Assembly: GCF_009914755.1 (NCBI RefSeq)
Contig: NC_060940.1
Direction: 5' to 3' (one strand)
Origin: the human T2T-CHM13v2.0 reference genome, Homo sapiens
Length of the DNA stretch: 64,000 nucleotides
Each line of letters starts with the position of its first letter. The first letter of the stretch is position 1. The notes beneath the pieces are model-generated. The model ran no database searches. It was not told the origin of the DNA and saw only the letters and a program-made list of their open reading frames with translations. Shown piece by piece: positions 46,830-62,668 of the stretch. A program made the position numbers and the translations under genes.

Positions 46830-47580
46830 AGAAATTTGGATTCAGTCATTTCTAGAGTGGGGCCCAAGAATATACATTTCTTAAGCTCCTGGATGATGTT
46901 GTTGCTGCCTGTTTACAAACCCCATACACTGAGTAGCTCTGTTGTAGAGCTTCGCTTTAGGGCAAATTGTATGCTCACCAAGGAGTGGGAAACATTAATA
47001 CATAAAGGGTGCAAACTTGCAGCATCTGGGCCAAATTTAGCTAGCAAATGTATATTATATGACTTGCATACAGTATGTTTTTGACATTTAGAATTGGCAA
47101 TGCTTAAAAATTGAGATTTGGGGCTTCTCTTGAAAAACCGGAAGAACCCTTCTACAAATACTGGGCCTGCTTTCTTATGTGATAAGGACTGAAAACAGAA
47201 TATATGTGCTAAAAGCTGCTACAGAAACTATTTCATTCTCTGTGTGATAGCTTCATGGCCTCTGCAGGCATTTAAGTTTGCAGCTCCTAGTTTACACCCT
47301 CACCCCTTCACCTGTTCTAAGGTTGAAAATCCACTGGTCTCAAGCATTGTATCTTGAGCCATCCCATTTTATCCCTGGAACTTGCTCTATTCATCTGTAA
47401 AATGGATTGATATCACCTATTCAGGGTTCTGATAAAGATTAAATGGAGATGGAGATCATGCTTTAAGTTTCATACGTCTGCTTCACCCATGAAATATTCC
47501 TGTATCCAGAATTTATCAAAGTATAGTCTCTAGACCCCCAACATTAGCATCACCTGGGAACGTTAGAAATGTAAATGTTT

Positions 47581-47890
<310 letters not shown>

Positions 47891-49092
47891 CTAGAACTAA
47901 ACGCTCAATCAATTACCAGGTATTTCAGGGAAAAGCGGAATTTTGCATGGATTTTAGCATGCTCAAAATCCCATCATAAATGCCATAATTTATATGGAGA
48001 ATTGAGACAATCAAGATCACAAGTGGCTGAAGTTTTGCAGGTGAGAGAGACCAAGAGGAAAGGTTAGTATTGCAGGATGGAGCTTTCTCACTGCATTTTC
48101 TCTGGAATCCCTCTTACCTGCTACCTGCAGGCTCCTCTATGCTCCTGTCATGAGCCAATGAGCCAATGAGCCAATGTTGGGTGAAATAGAGACTTATTAT
48201 TCATCTCAGCTCCAGCTGGACTGAGACTTGGTGTCTAGGTTACCTGCTCTGAGCCCTGGGCACTCACAGGCTTCTAAGAGTATATCTAGTTTCACCACAT
48301 TGCTCCAATCCAGACAAAGGGCTTATTGTCTCAGTTCACCTAGCAGGCATTCGAGTTCTAAAGGACAGATCCGCAGCCAATGCTATTGCCATCTGCCTGT
48401 GCTGACTCTGGGTTCTGCCTGTGGTCTGGGCTTCCCTAACTTCATCACACCCATTGGATTGGGCCTCATCAGGTCATGATGTCTCCTAAACCTGGCCTGA
48501 AAGTGCTGCTCCATTTTAGACATTATATGGGCCAGCTCTGTAGTGAGGTCAGTTTCTTTGCTCTCTGACTCCCTCCCTGTCTACACTGGCTGAATTTCTA
48601 AAATCCAGGATGGCTATGACTAGCATCTGCCTGAGGAATAGCAAAAGGGAACTGGGGTCAAATGACACTCGGGAGGAAATTGTGAAGTGACTACATGCTA
48701 TTCTTAAGGCAAGAGAAGGTGCGGTACAGAAACTTCACACTAGAAACTTCTTTATCTTGATTGGGAATAGAACATGCATTGAAACAGCAGTGAAAAGGAA
48801 GGTGAGGAGATAAAATATTTTTCTAAAGGTGATGATGAATACATTGGGATGGATTACAGAAGGATTCCATAGGAGTTCTTGCTCTGGTAGTTTTTAAAAA
48901 GTGACTCAGCAAGAATGACTCATCTATCTGGGATGAATTAGGTTTAATAGTGATGAAAATAGGGCTGGACTGTGATTTTTCTGGATTGCTTCTAAGCAGA
49001 GGGATTATTCGATAATAATGATAATAATGATAACAATAGCAATTATCTTTTGAGTGACAGGTATTTTTATTGATAGTTTTTGTACATTATCT

Positions 49093-49319
49093 CAGGGATC
49101 AGCAAACTCTCTGCTATAAAGGGCCAGATAGTAAATATTTCTGGCTTTGTGGGCCACATGATCTCTGACGAAACAATTCTTAAATCTGCCCTTGTTGCTC
49201 AAAAGCAGCCATAGACAACAAGTAAACAAATGGGTTTGCCTGTGTTCCAATAAAATGTTATTTACAAAAACAGGTGGCAGGCTGGATTTGGCCCACAAGC
49301 TCCAGTGTGCAAACTCCTG
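49093..49319. mobile_element. MER58A hAT transposon
   Basis: cagggatcagcaaac...gcaaactcctg TIRs; 8-bp TSD cattatc(t/a). Confidence 0.85.
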
Positions 49320-49669
49320 CATTATCACATTGACCCTCATGATACTGGGAAGTAGGTACTTGTATTATTCTCCATTTCACAGGTAAGGAAACTGAGTCTT
49401 GGAGGGATTGAGCAGCTTGCGTGAGATCCAACAGTATGTGTCAGGCCCAGGAGTCCAGCTCAGGATCTCCTAAGCTATCATGGCTAGGTAAACCCTTCTG
49501 CCCCGAGATGGGTCTCCTCATTGAAACCATCCCTATAAACTTTATGAAAGTAATCAGGGAGGAAGGGAGGGGAAGAAATAAAAATAAACCAAGCTTGCAG
49601 CACACACAGCCTTAATCATGAGGTCAGCATGCTCTCTGATCTGCTTCCTTGGAGTTATTTGGTGCCAAC

Positions 49670-49753
49670 TGTAAAAGTTAAAGACCAAAATCTGACCAAA
49701 ATCAGCCAGAAGCCCCTCTCAGGTTTATTTCTCTTGTTTCTTTAACTCTTACA
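49670..49753. mobile_element. 84-bp LTR15-related mini element
   Basis: TG...CA, 15-bp inverted ends, TSD ccaa(c/t). Confidence 0.7.
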
Positions 49754-49781
49754 CCAATTTTCCTAGGATCATGTAGATCTT

Positions 49782-50202
49782 TGTATTAGGCCGTTCTTGC
49801 ATTGCTGTAAAGAAATACCTGAGACTGGGTAACTTATAAAGAAAAGAGGTTTAATTGGCTCACAGTTCTACAGGTTTTATAGGAATCATGATGCTGGCAT
49901 GTGCTTGGCTTCTGGGGAGGCCTCAGAAAGCTTCCAATCATGGCAGAAAGTGGAGGGGGAGCAGGTATGTCACATGGAAAGCAGGAGCAAGAGAGGGAGG
50001 GAGGAGGTGTCACACACTTTTAAACAGTCAGATCTCATGAGAACTCACTCACTATTGCAAGGACAGTACCAAGGAGATGTTACTAACCATTCATGAGAAA
50101 TTTGCCCCTATGATCCAATAACCCCACCAGGCTCTACCTCCAACACTGGGGATTACAACGCAACATAAGATTTGAGTGGGGACACGGATCCAAACCATAT
50201 CA
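49782..50202 (-). mobile_element. MSTA solo LTR
   Basis: tgtattaggccgttcttgc...gatccaaaccatatca; TSD at(c/a)tt. Confidence 0.88.
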
Positions 50203-50662
50203 ATATTGTTACAAGATTATAGTTTCCCTTAACTGTCCTATAGATAAGAATGTGAACGTTATGAAACATTAAGTTTTTCCTTTGAGATATTTTTTCAGGT
50301 TCTGCATACCAGTGAAACTACTGATGCCAGCTGGTCTAAAGGATTCCTTGAAAAGCTGACTCATCAAAGAAGGCAGTTTTCACATCCTGATGATTTCATC
50401 CTCCTTACCCCAACCAATCAATGACCCCAATTTTCCGGCCCCTTACCTTCCATGGTCTCCATCAGAACTCCTCAGGGAGATAGATTTGAGGATCTCCTGT
50501 CATCTCCTTGCTGGGTGCCCTGCAATCATTAAACTCTTGCTCTGCTGCCAACCATGCTGTCTCAGTGTAATGGGTCTGTTACAGTGTAGCAGACATACAA
50601 ACCCATTGGTCCTATAACATCGTGATTCCTTGTGCTGCAGATTCAATTCTTTGGTCACTTAA

Positions 50663-51071
<409 letters not shown>

Positions 51072-51144
51072 TAGCTACTATTATCCCCACTGAAGGCCAG
51101 AGGTTCAGAGGATGAAGCACAATTCTCAATGTTCATTTTTTAAA

Positions 51145-52725
<1,581 letters not shown>

Positions 52726-53069
52726 CTTCAAAGTCCATCCTTAGTGAGAAGCTGAGCTGAGAGTCAAATGCTGGGCTCTCTAAGTTCAGTGACCTCCCCT
52801 CCAGACCATCTTACCTCCAGATTTAAAAAGTCTTGAACAATTCTTGAATTCTCAAAGCAATACATGTTTCTTGCAGAGGAATTGAAATAATCATAAAGAC
52901 GATGATAAAGGATCACTGATGATCCACCTTCCAAAATCAACCTCTGCCACTAATCAGATACTTTTCTTCCATCTTGATCCATGATTATTTATCCCTTACA
53001 ATTACATACTAAATAAAATATTTTATGTTAGAATATTATATAGAAGGGAAACATTTTCTTATGTTATAA

Positions 53070-53423
<354 letters not shown>

Positions 53424-54064
53424 TGATAAACGCTTTGATTACATTTTTCTATAAAATACTTAATTTAAACATAAAAATTGTTTGTACTTAAGGTGTACAG
53501 TATAATGATTTGATATATGCATACATTGCATAATGATTACCACTATCAAATTAATTAACACATTCATCACTGCCCATAGTTACCATTGTGTGTGCATGCA
53601 CGCATGTGCGTGTGTGTGTGTGTGGTTAGACACTAACTTGTAGAAACAGAGTGGAACAGTGGTTGTCAAGGGCTGGGGGTTGGGGAAATAGAGAGATGTT
53701 GGTCGAAGAGAACAGACATTCAGCTATAAAATGAATGAGCTCTGGAGATTTAATATAACATGTACACAATGGTGACTAGAGTTAATAATAATATATTGTT
53801 TATTTGAAATTTGGTTACATTCTTGTATATAAATCTCTATCTGAATCCTAATTATTTGTCTATGATAAATTTCAGGAAGGATAATTATTGCTCCAAAGGG
53901 TTTTAATTATTTTTAAAGATCTTTACACAATTTCAGATTGCATTTTTTAGAAATTTTTGCTAATCTTTATTTCTTTCAGTAGGTTAGATTTACCTTACCC
54001 TAAAATCAACAATGCTTTTTTAAATTATGATAATTTTATGGATTAAAATATTATCATTACATTT

Positions 54065-54420
54065 TTTAAAAAATTTCAACAATTTTAAGGGTACAAGTTG
54101 TTTTTGGTTATATGGATGAATTGTTTAGTGGTAAAGTCTAGTATTTTAGTGCACCTGTATACCACCCCATTAGTGTACATTGTACCCAATAGGTAGTTTT
54201 CATCTTCACCCCACTTCCACCCTCCTCTTTTCTGTCTCCAATGTCTATGGTACCACTCTATATGCCTTGCATACCCATAGCTTAGCTCCCACTTATAAGT
54301 GAGAATATGTGGTATTTTGTTTTTGATTCCCAAGTTACTTCACTTAGAATAATGGCTTCCAGTTCCATCCAAGTTTTTGCAAAAGACACTATTTTGTTCT
54401 CTTTTAATGGCTGGGTAGTT
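54065..54420 (-). mobile_element. L1MA/PB 3' fragment
   Basis: acccatagcttagctcccacttataagtgagaatatg. Confidence 0.8.
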
Positions 54421-56147
54421 TAAATGTTGCAGTTTTACATTGCATTTTATTGACAAGTAGCAAGCTTTTTGTGTTTTTTTATTGATTTGTCAGAGCTCTT
54501 TATATATAAAGGATACTAATAGTTTTTTTCTGGAAAATATTACTTCCACATTTATATTTGCCTTTAACAGGAAAATAACCCATCTCTATTTACTTGTAAT
54601 CTTATTCATAGCAAAAGATACTCGTTCATTAGCATTTCACAAACTGAGCAGCCAGAGAAGTAGCAACAACTATTCTGTGTCTGTAAGTGCAACTTCTATT
54701 TCTATGAGTAGAATTTACCAGGTGGCTAGAAATCACAGGCATAGAGGCTTAACAGTTTCTCCCAGCTCTCTGCTACAGACTGCACACTTGCTGGGATGCA
54801 CTTTCATGCATGAAACTTCAGGGTAGAAATTAGCCCAGATGAGGTAGCCAGGTGATACAGGGAAGAGCTTTTGAGGCTGAGGAAAGAAGGGCTGTCTTTA
54901 TTCTGTAGACAGCCACAGGCACTGGTTACCTCACCACTCTTTCAGATAAATACAAGAAGGCAACAAACAATATAATAACAACTTTGTTTAAAGGCTATTT
55001 AATTGAAGCTTCACAGGAACCTCATTTTCATACTTTTTGCTAAATTTAAAACAAGAAAAATGTTATGAAGCCTGACGTAGTCCCCTTCTCAATGCTCAAG
55101 AAATGTTTCATTTTGAGGAAAAATAACCCTTTGTTAAGTTCCTTATTTGGGGACAAAAACATTTCTTTCTATGTATTGGAACAGGCTAGGGTAGTGTTTT
55201 TCAATCTTGAAACTATTGAGATTTTGGACCAGGTAATGATCTGTTGTTAGGGACTAAAGAATGAATGAATGAATAAATGAATGAATGAATGATCCAATAG
55301 TAACATTTAAATGTTTGAAGAATTGTGATATGAAAAATTCACGCTTATTTTTCCTGTTGGTCCATGGAGCTAAATTAATTTCAGGGAGAAAGAAATTGGG
55401 ATCTGTGCAAGAAATCTCTGTCATAATGAAAACTACGCAAAGATAGAAGGGTCTACCTCCAGAATTAATGAGCTCCTATTCACTGGAGGCATTCAAGGAG
55501 AGACTGGGTTATTCTTACGCAGGATGTTGTACAAGCTGCTCATACAAAAGATGGGTGATTCAAAGTTTCAAAGTAGCTTTTAATCACTGAAATTCTAGAA
55601 ATCTGTGTTTCTTGATGTCTTTCCTTTAAACTATTTCAGCTTCAGGTAGTACTTCCACTTGAGGAGCTTACTTATTTTAAAACCAAAGGCAAACTTCTAG
55701 AGTGATCGAAAATCATCACACATATTATACCTTCTAGGAGGCTCTAGAAAAATGCTTTAAATAATTTGAGTTAGAGGTTTCCTGCAACAACAAAAAAATG
55801 CTATTTCCATTACCCCAGAGCTGTAACATTCTTCGTGTTCTCTGTACCTTATTGTTGAGAATAATCAAAGGAGTCCATTCAGTAAGGTAGGGGCGGGGAG
55901 CACAATAGATATATTAATATATGGGGCAGGGGGGAAGTATTGTATTCCTAGGCAGTTTTCATAATTGGTGTTACAGATCTTTGGTTGAAATTTCAGGCTT
56001 ACCCTGAACTGAGATCTAACTTTCTGGAGCCCTAACTCTTCTGAGGGGTTAGCCTTCTCTTCCTCCTACTAGAAATTATGGATGAACAGAAGGCATGGAT
56101 TAACAGGCATCATTTTTACTAAAGGACACAGGTCTGCAGAAGAGAAG

Positions 56148-56760
56148 TCAGCAAGATCCATGGGTCAGCAGGAGCCATGAGTCATTTGCAGCCGTGACTC
56201 AGAGGTGGCTATGAGTCACCAGGAGCCATGGGTCAGCAGGATCCATGGATCAGTAGGAACAAGGGGTCAACAGAAACTGTGGGTCAGGTAGAAGTATGAA
56301 TCTGTAGAAACCATGAGTCAGTATGAGCCAAGATTCATCAGCTGCACAGGTCAGCAAGAAACATGGTTCAGCATTTTTTTTTTTCTTTTGAGACAGGGTC
56401 TCACTTTGTCACTTGGGATGGAGTGCAGTGGTGTGATAGCTCAATGCAGACTCGAACTCCTGGGCTCAACTGATTCTTCTGGTTCAGCCTCCTGAGTAGC
56501 TGGGACTACAGTCATGTACCACCATACCAGGCTAATTTTTTGTTTTATTTGTAGAGACAGTGTCTTGCTATGTTGCCCAGGCTTGTCTAAACTCCTGGGT
56601 TCAAGGAATCCTCCCATCTCAGGCTCCCAAAGTGCTGAGATGACAGGTATGAGCCACTGCACCAGGCCCTGCAGAAACTTTTCTTGGCACCACGGGTAAG
56701 CAGGGGCTATGGGTCATGGGACTCATTGCCAATGGGAACCATACATCACCAGAAAGACTC
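56148..56760. repeat. Degenerate 17-bp minisatellite (consensus about TCAGCAGGAGCCATGRG), split by an AluJ
   Basis: About 13 in-phase units at 56148-56373, with further degenerate units after 56670. Confidence 0.85.
56374..56668 (-). mobile_element. AluJ
   Basis: Antisense dimer. Confidence 0.88.
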
Positions 56761-57895
56761 AGGTAGTGGGGGAAGAGGACAAAAGACACTCAGAAAGATG
56801 GCAGTGCTAGATTTGAAGGTGACTGATGCCAAAAGGTAACGGAAGCTATGATTGAACAAAAGCTAAAAAGTAACAAGAAGTTGAGTGGAGAGCACTTGGT
56901 TTTAATACTATCAATAGTATAGGGAATAAGTAAGCTACCATCATAATAGGCTAGGAAACAATGTTTCCAAGAGGGTAGCAAGACAGCCAAGTGCATATAG
57001 AAGCATTGAATCCTGTGATCTAACTCCTGAACTACATTCTGTCTCTGTGAGAACTGGCAGTTTGGCAATTGAGATTTTTGTCTTTCCTAATTTCCCAGGT
57101 ATCCTTACCATGAACATCTATTGCTAATTATTTCTTTATGTTGGATGCCTAAAAGAGAAATTCTTCAGACATATTATATGAGTTTAATTTTCTTGGGTTC
57201 TTGACACATATTGCTACATTACTTTTCAAAAAATGTATAAATTTACTCTCTCCCATCTTCTAATTAAAATACTTACAAAAGTGTATTCTCAAAGGTACCA
57301 AGTTTCAAGAGGAAGTGAAAATCATTAGTTTTGCTATCTTTCAGGAGTTTCTAGTACAAAAAATTCAGATAAATATCTGAAATGTAGAGCAAGAGGGCAA
57401 AGGAGATTGGTACTTGCCATCCTGACTATATATTCTACCATGTTAGTCAGAACTCTGGGTTTATAAGGGAAAGAATCCATTTCAAACTGGCTGAAGTCAG
57501 TAAAAATAGTTTATAAGGGCATGAAACTTGGAAATCTATTAAGTAGTGTGATTTCAGGTGTGGCTGGATCCTGGGTCTTGATGATGTCAATCAGGATATA
57601 AACATCTACTCTTTACCCCCACCTCGACCTAGTGGTTGAAAGTTCTGAATGGTCAAGTCAGTTTCGTGCAATGTCCTCCATGCTGGAGACAGATATAGAG
57701 GGAAATTTCATGTCTCCACCCACTCCAAGCTACCTGACTTGGGAAAGTTATGGTTTTATAATGGAGATGGAGTGGGCAAGTCAAAACACATGACCACAAG
57801 CCCATCTTATAAACATGGGGGCTTCAGGACATCCTTCAACTGGGTAGAAGCTGCTTTTGAAACAGTTCAAAACTGTTTGAAGTTTTCCACTTGTA

Positions 57896-57934
57896 TAGTG
57901 GCAAAAAGCACAATTACTTTTGCACCAACCTAAT
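57896..57934. mobile_element. Half MADE1 (Hsmar1 MITE)
   Basis: tggcaaaaagcacaattacttttgcaccaacctaa is one Hsmar1-type TIR. Confidence 0.8.
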
Positions 57935-58956
57935 TTCATTTCATATGTCTTCTAGAATCCAGGCTACAATTTACAATGGTACAACTTTACAGGCTAGGGA
58001 AAGAATGGGCTGGTCTGTTATATCCAAGAGGTGGAGTCAATGGCAGTGATAGTTTGTGCCTGGAACAACCATAGAAACGATCCATGAAAATGCCTTTTAA
58101 GTATGATTTTTAATAGCAGCATAATAGTCTTTCACTTTGGGGGAGTGAAGGTTGATGACACACCTGCTATTGTGCAACATCTGGAAGCTTTCTGTTGACA
58201 GCAGCCTGGTCCACTTAGGCAGAGGAAGTCCCTCTCCCCCATAGTATCCTGGAATAAGGGGAGCCAGTGTGATTTAATTCAGGCCCTTCCAAAATCTTGC
58301 TAAGCAAAAACAACTGTCCCTAAGTGTTCAGGAAACATCAACCCATCCTTCCCCTAACATGTTCTTCTTCTGGATAAAAACATTTTCAGAGTATCACATG
58401 CTCCTGAAAATGTACTTCCTTGTATGCGAAACCTGCTAACAGTCCCCTTGAGAAGTGTTTGAATGTGTAATGAGTGCCCAGGCTCCTGGTGTCAGATCTG
58501 TGATGGAGAGGATTCTCTCCCCAAGGCAGCATTCACTCCAAGAACTTCCACCAGGTGACTCTGGGGAGCAGTTGGTGTTAACTCCAGGCTGCTGTGGTCA
58601 GGAAATCACTTTGCATAAGAACTCAATCCTCTTTTTCCTCAAGGCCCCTATTCTGTAATATAAAATTGGGTCTCTTTTAGGCTGGTCAGAATCTGCTTTC
58701 CTTCCCCTTCCATAGAACCTGCCTCTAAGGGATTCCAAATCTATCTTTATGGGCTACACCATTTCGTGGGGGACACAGATGTGTAATTAAGTCATGATGA
58801 TACAGTTTGAAAAGTACCAACTATAAGACTAATCAAAATGATAGAGAATCTTAGGAGAAGGAGGAGAAAAATTTGCCCAGGAAATCTAGAAAACTTAGGA
58901 ATAGAGGAAGCAGTCAAATTCAGTCTTGAAGAACAGGAGTTTGTCAAGAGGCAGAC

Positions 58957-59233
<277 letters not shown>

Positions 59234-59529
59234 TCATGGTTCTAGGTGTTTGACATGTATTACGTGTATTAATCATATAATATTTACATGTTATTACATT
59301 CCTTTAATCCCACAGCAGCCATATGAAATGGGTGCTATTATTCCCATTTTACAGATAAGGAGACTGAGGCCCCAAGAGGTTAAATTATTTGCCTAAGGTC
59401 ACACTTCAAGTAGGTGGTAGACCTGGAATTCCACTTAGACATTTTTATTTCAGAGCTTGTGTTCTCAGCCTCTTTGCCATTCTGCCAGAAAAAGCAACTG
59501 GATCAGTATAATAAAAGGTAAGGAGGCAT

Positions 59530-60075
59530 TGTGGTGGTTTAAATATATGTCTAAATTTTTTCGATTTTTTTTTTTATTACAGCTGGAGTCTAATTTCCCT
59601 CTCCTTAAGTATAGGCTGGGCTTAGTGTCTCGGTTTCAGTAAAAAATATCAGAAGTGACAAGTGTATGGCTTTGAAGACTAGGTCATAAACAGCAGTGTG
59701 GTATCTCTTCGCTCTCTTCCTCAGATTCGTAGCTGGGGGAATGCCAGCCGCCATGTTGTAAAGATGCTCAAGAAGCCCCCTGGAGAGGTCTGTATGATGA
59801 GAACCCCTCACCATGTGTCTGGCCAACAGCCAGCCAGGAACTGAGTGAGGCCTCCTGCCCACAATCACATAAGTGAGCTTAGAAGCTGATTCCCCATTCC
59901 CAGTCAAGCCTTCAGATGACTTCAGCCTTAAGCAACGTTTTGATTGCAACATCCTCCGAATCAATAACTAAACTAGTCCAAATTCTTGACTCACAGATAC
60001 TGTGGGAAAATAAATGTGGGTTGTCTTAAGCCACTAAGTTTTGGGATAATTTGTTACACAGCAACAGATACTAGC
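59530..60075 (+). mobile_element. MLT1 (E/F-like) MaLR LTR
   Basis: tgtggtggtttaaa...ttaagccactaagttttggg...gttacacagcaacagatactagca. Confidence 0.75.
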
Positions 60076-61628
60076 ACTGGCATGAGAATACCTTGTGTCT
60101 TCAATGTACATCAGCAGTCAGTATTTCAGAGCTGAAAGCTCAGACTTTAGAGAGGACTGGCAAAGAGGAGTGAGGTTTTTAGGAAAAATTATAAAGCACG
60201 ACAGCCAGTCTGCAAGCACATAGGACCTACTTACCAGAAGCAACTCTCTAGCTCTCCAGTCCCTGGCTTCTCCAGGAAATGCCTCCATTTCTATAACTTC
60301 TGGTTTGTGCCACCATATTGCTTTTATTACATTAATCCTTGTTGTGCAGCCATTTGCAGACATACCTTTCTTTCTGACCAGATGGCAAGCTCCTGGAATG
60401 CTGAGCTCACATTTTATTCCTCTTCCTCCTTGCACACAATCCTTTGGTCACTGCAGGAGCCCCATAAATGTTTGGGGGATGAATGTTGCCCACGCAGAAG
60501 CCACATGGCTGATAAATTGACTTTTATTCAATTCCAGCCAACATGCAGTTTTCTTGTTTTTGGCCCAGAGAATCATGTCTGTGAGAAGGATGGATGGAAA
60601 CTCAAGAGGCAAATTAGTTTGAAGTACTGGTAGAGCTGGACAGTTTAAACAGAGTGGTGTGGAATGATTAACACCTATGTGGACTCAAGAACAATGCATA
60701 ACAGAACTTTAAGAGTGAACCAATGAAGACACAGCAATAAACCAGGGATATTCTTGGGGGTAAGGAAGGCTGACCACTAAAGGAAATACATGTCAGTACA
60801 ACCTGTAGTTTCTATGTACCATTTGAATTAATCTCCCCATCCTCCTCCCATCTGCCTTGTTCTCGCCACTGTTTGCTCAGCTCCTGCACATACAATACAT
60901 TTGATATATATCTATTGAATGAAAAAATGTTGATTTAGTCTATAACTAATAATCGTGGCACTCCACTTCTCTAGATTGTTCCTACAGAGGAGTTGGGTCT
61001 CATGTTTGCTTGTGTTTATAGATAAAGAAGGATTTCATTCAGTCATAGAAGGCTAGGGACAGACATATCCTGGCATCAGTAGGCAGGCAAAGGTTATCAG
61101 AGCCCTAGGAAGTGCAGGACAATAATAAGTAAGAGAAGAGCTTCAACCATGTCAGTGTGTGTAGGAGACCTCTGTTCTTTTGTGGGCTATACACTATGTT
61201 CTCCTTCTTCTTTAATAATAGTTCCCTGAGTTACACTGGAAAACCATCCTTTTGCTTCTTTGTCTGTATGATTTGAATAAAGAGAACTCTCTGCCTCTGC
61301 ATCCTGGGAAAGACAGGTGCCCCAGACTTGGTCAATAGAAGCTCTGTATTCTCCTGGCAACAGTGATTTGTTCTGAAATGGGCAAGTGACCCAGTCGAAG
61401 CCAGTGAGATTCAGTAGGACTTTTGCTACCACTGCTGGGAGAGAACTTGCCGTCTTTTCTGCTGCACTTGAGCCTGGGAGAAGTTGGCTCCAGAAATTTT
61501 GCCATCTATCTTGCCATCAATCGGTAGAACTGAGAATGAAGCCAACAGAATGAAGTCAGAGATTGGACAGAGAATGAAACAGAGTTCTGAGGACATAATT
61601 CAGACTCTCAATGAGGCCATATCCCCCT

Positions 61629-61997
61629 TGATATGGTTTGGCTGTGTCCCCACCCAAATCTCATCTCGAATTGTAGCTCCCACAATTTCCACATGTTGTG
61701 GGAGGGAGTTGGTGGGAGGTAGTTGAATCATGGGGGTGGTTTCCCCCATACTGTTATCATGGTAGTGAATACGTCTCATGAGATCTGATGATTTTATAAG
61801 GGGTTTCCCCTTTCTCTTGCCTCTCATGCTCTTTGCCTGCCATCATGTTAGACGTTGTTTTGCTCCTCCTTGCCTTCTGTCATGATTGTGAGGCCTCCCC
61901 AGCCATGTGGCACTGCGAGTCAATTAAACCTCTTTCCTTTATAAATTACTCAGTCTTGGGTATGTCTTTATCAGCAGTGTGAAAATGGACCAATACA
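61629..61997 (+). mobile_element. THE1B/C solo LTR nested in an older MLT1
   Basis: tgatatggtttggctgtgtcccc...caataca; TSD ccc(c/t)t. Confidence 0.9.
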
Positions 61998-62269
61998 CCC
62001 TTTTAAAGTTGCATATGTCAAATTCCCTTTTTGTCTTAAGCTAAAACTTGACTTTAGTTTTCTTTCTTTTGTAACCTTATAAGTCCTGACCAAAAGGGCT
62101 GGCTTTAGATGGCATACCTTTAGTCAAGGGCCCACTCAGGCCACATACAATATCAGGCTCAAGGTAGCAAGACAGAGTCAGTTTTCACCAGTTGGTAGAG
62201 GTGAGGATTCTGATCTACTGGTTCTCTTGGGCACTGTACTGGGCTTTCAGACAGAATAACTTAGGTGCC

Positions 62270-62668
62270 TGTATTAGTCTGCTTTGCATTGCTATTAAAG
62301 AACACCTGAGGCTGGGTAATTTATAAAGATAAGAGGTTTATTTGGCTCACAGTTCTGCAGGCTGTACAAGAAGCATGGCACCAGTATCTGCTCTGCCTCT
62401 TGTGAGGTTTCAGAAGGCTTTAACTCATGGTGGAAAGCAAAGGGGGAGCAAGTGTATCATACGGTGAGATGGAAGAGAGAGAGGGGAGGTCCAAGACTCT
62501 TTTTAACAACCAGATCTCATGTGAACTCATTACCACAGGGAGGTCACCAAGCCATTCATTAGGAATCTGCCCCCATAACTTAAGTACCTGCCAGTAGGTC
62601 CCACCTCCAACACTGGGGATCACATTTCAACATGAGATTAGGAGGGGACACATATCTAAATTATATAA
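62270..62668 (-). mobile_element. MSTB-like solo LTR
   Basis: 5-bp TSD GTGCC on both sides. Confidence 0.85.

Larger units (their letters stand above)
49522..50619 (+). mobile_element. ERV1 solo LTR (LTR26-like) with two nested insertions
   Basis: tgaaaccatccctataaac...ggtcctataaca; ATTAAA near the 3' end. Confidence 0.7.

Noticed and set aside
56148-56373. CRISPR-like repeat-spacer array
   Set aside because: The units are contiguous, mutually homologous 17-mers with no unique spacers, in a eukaryotic context with no cas genes.
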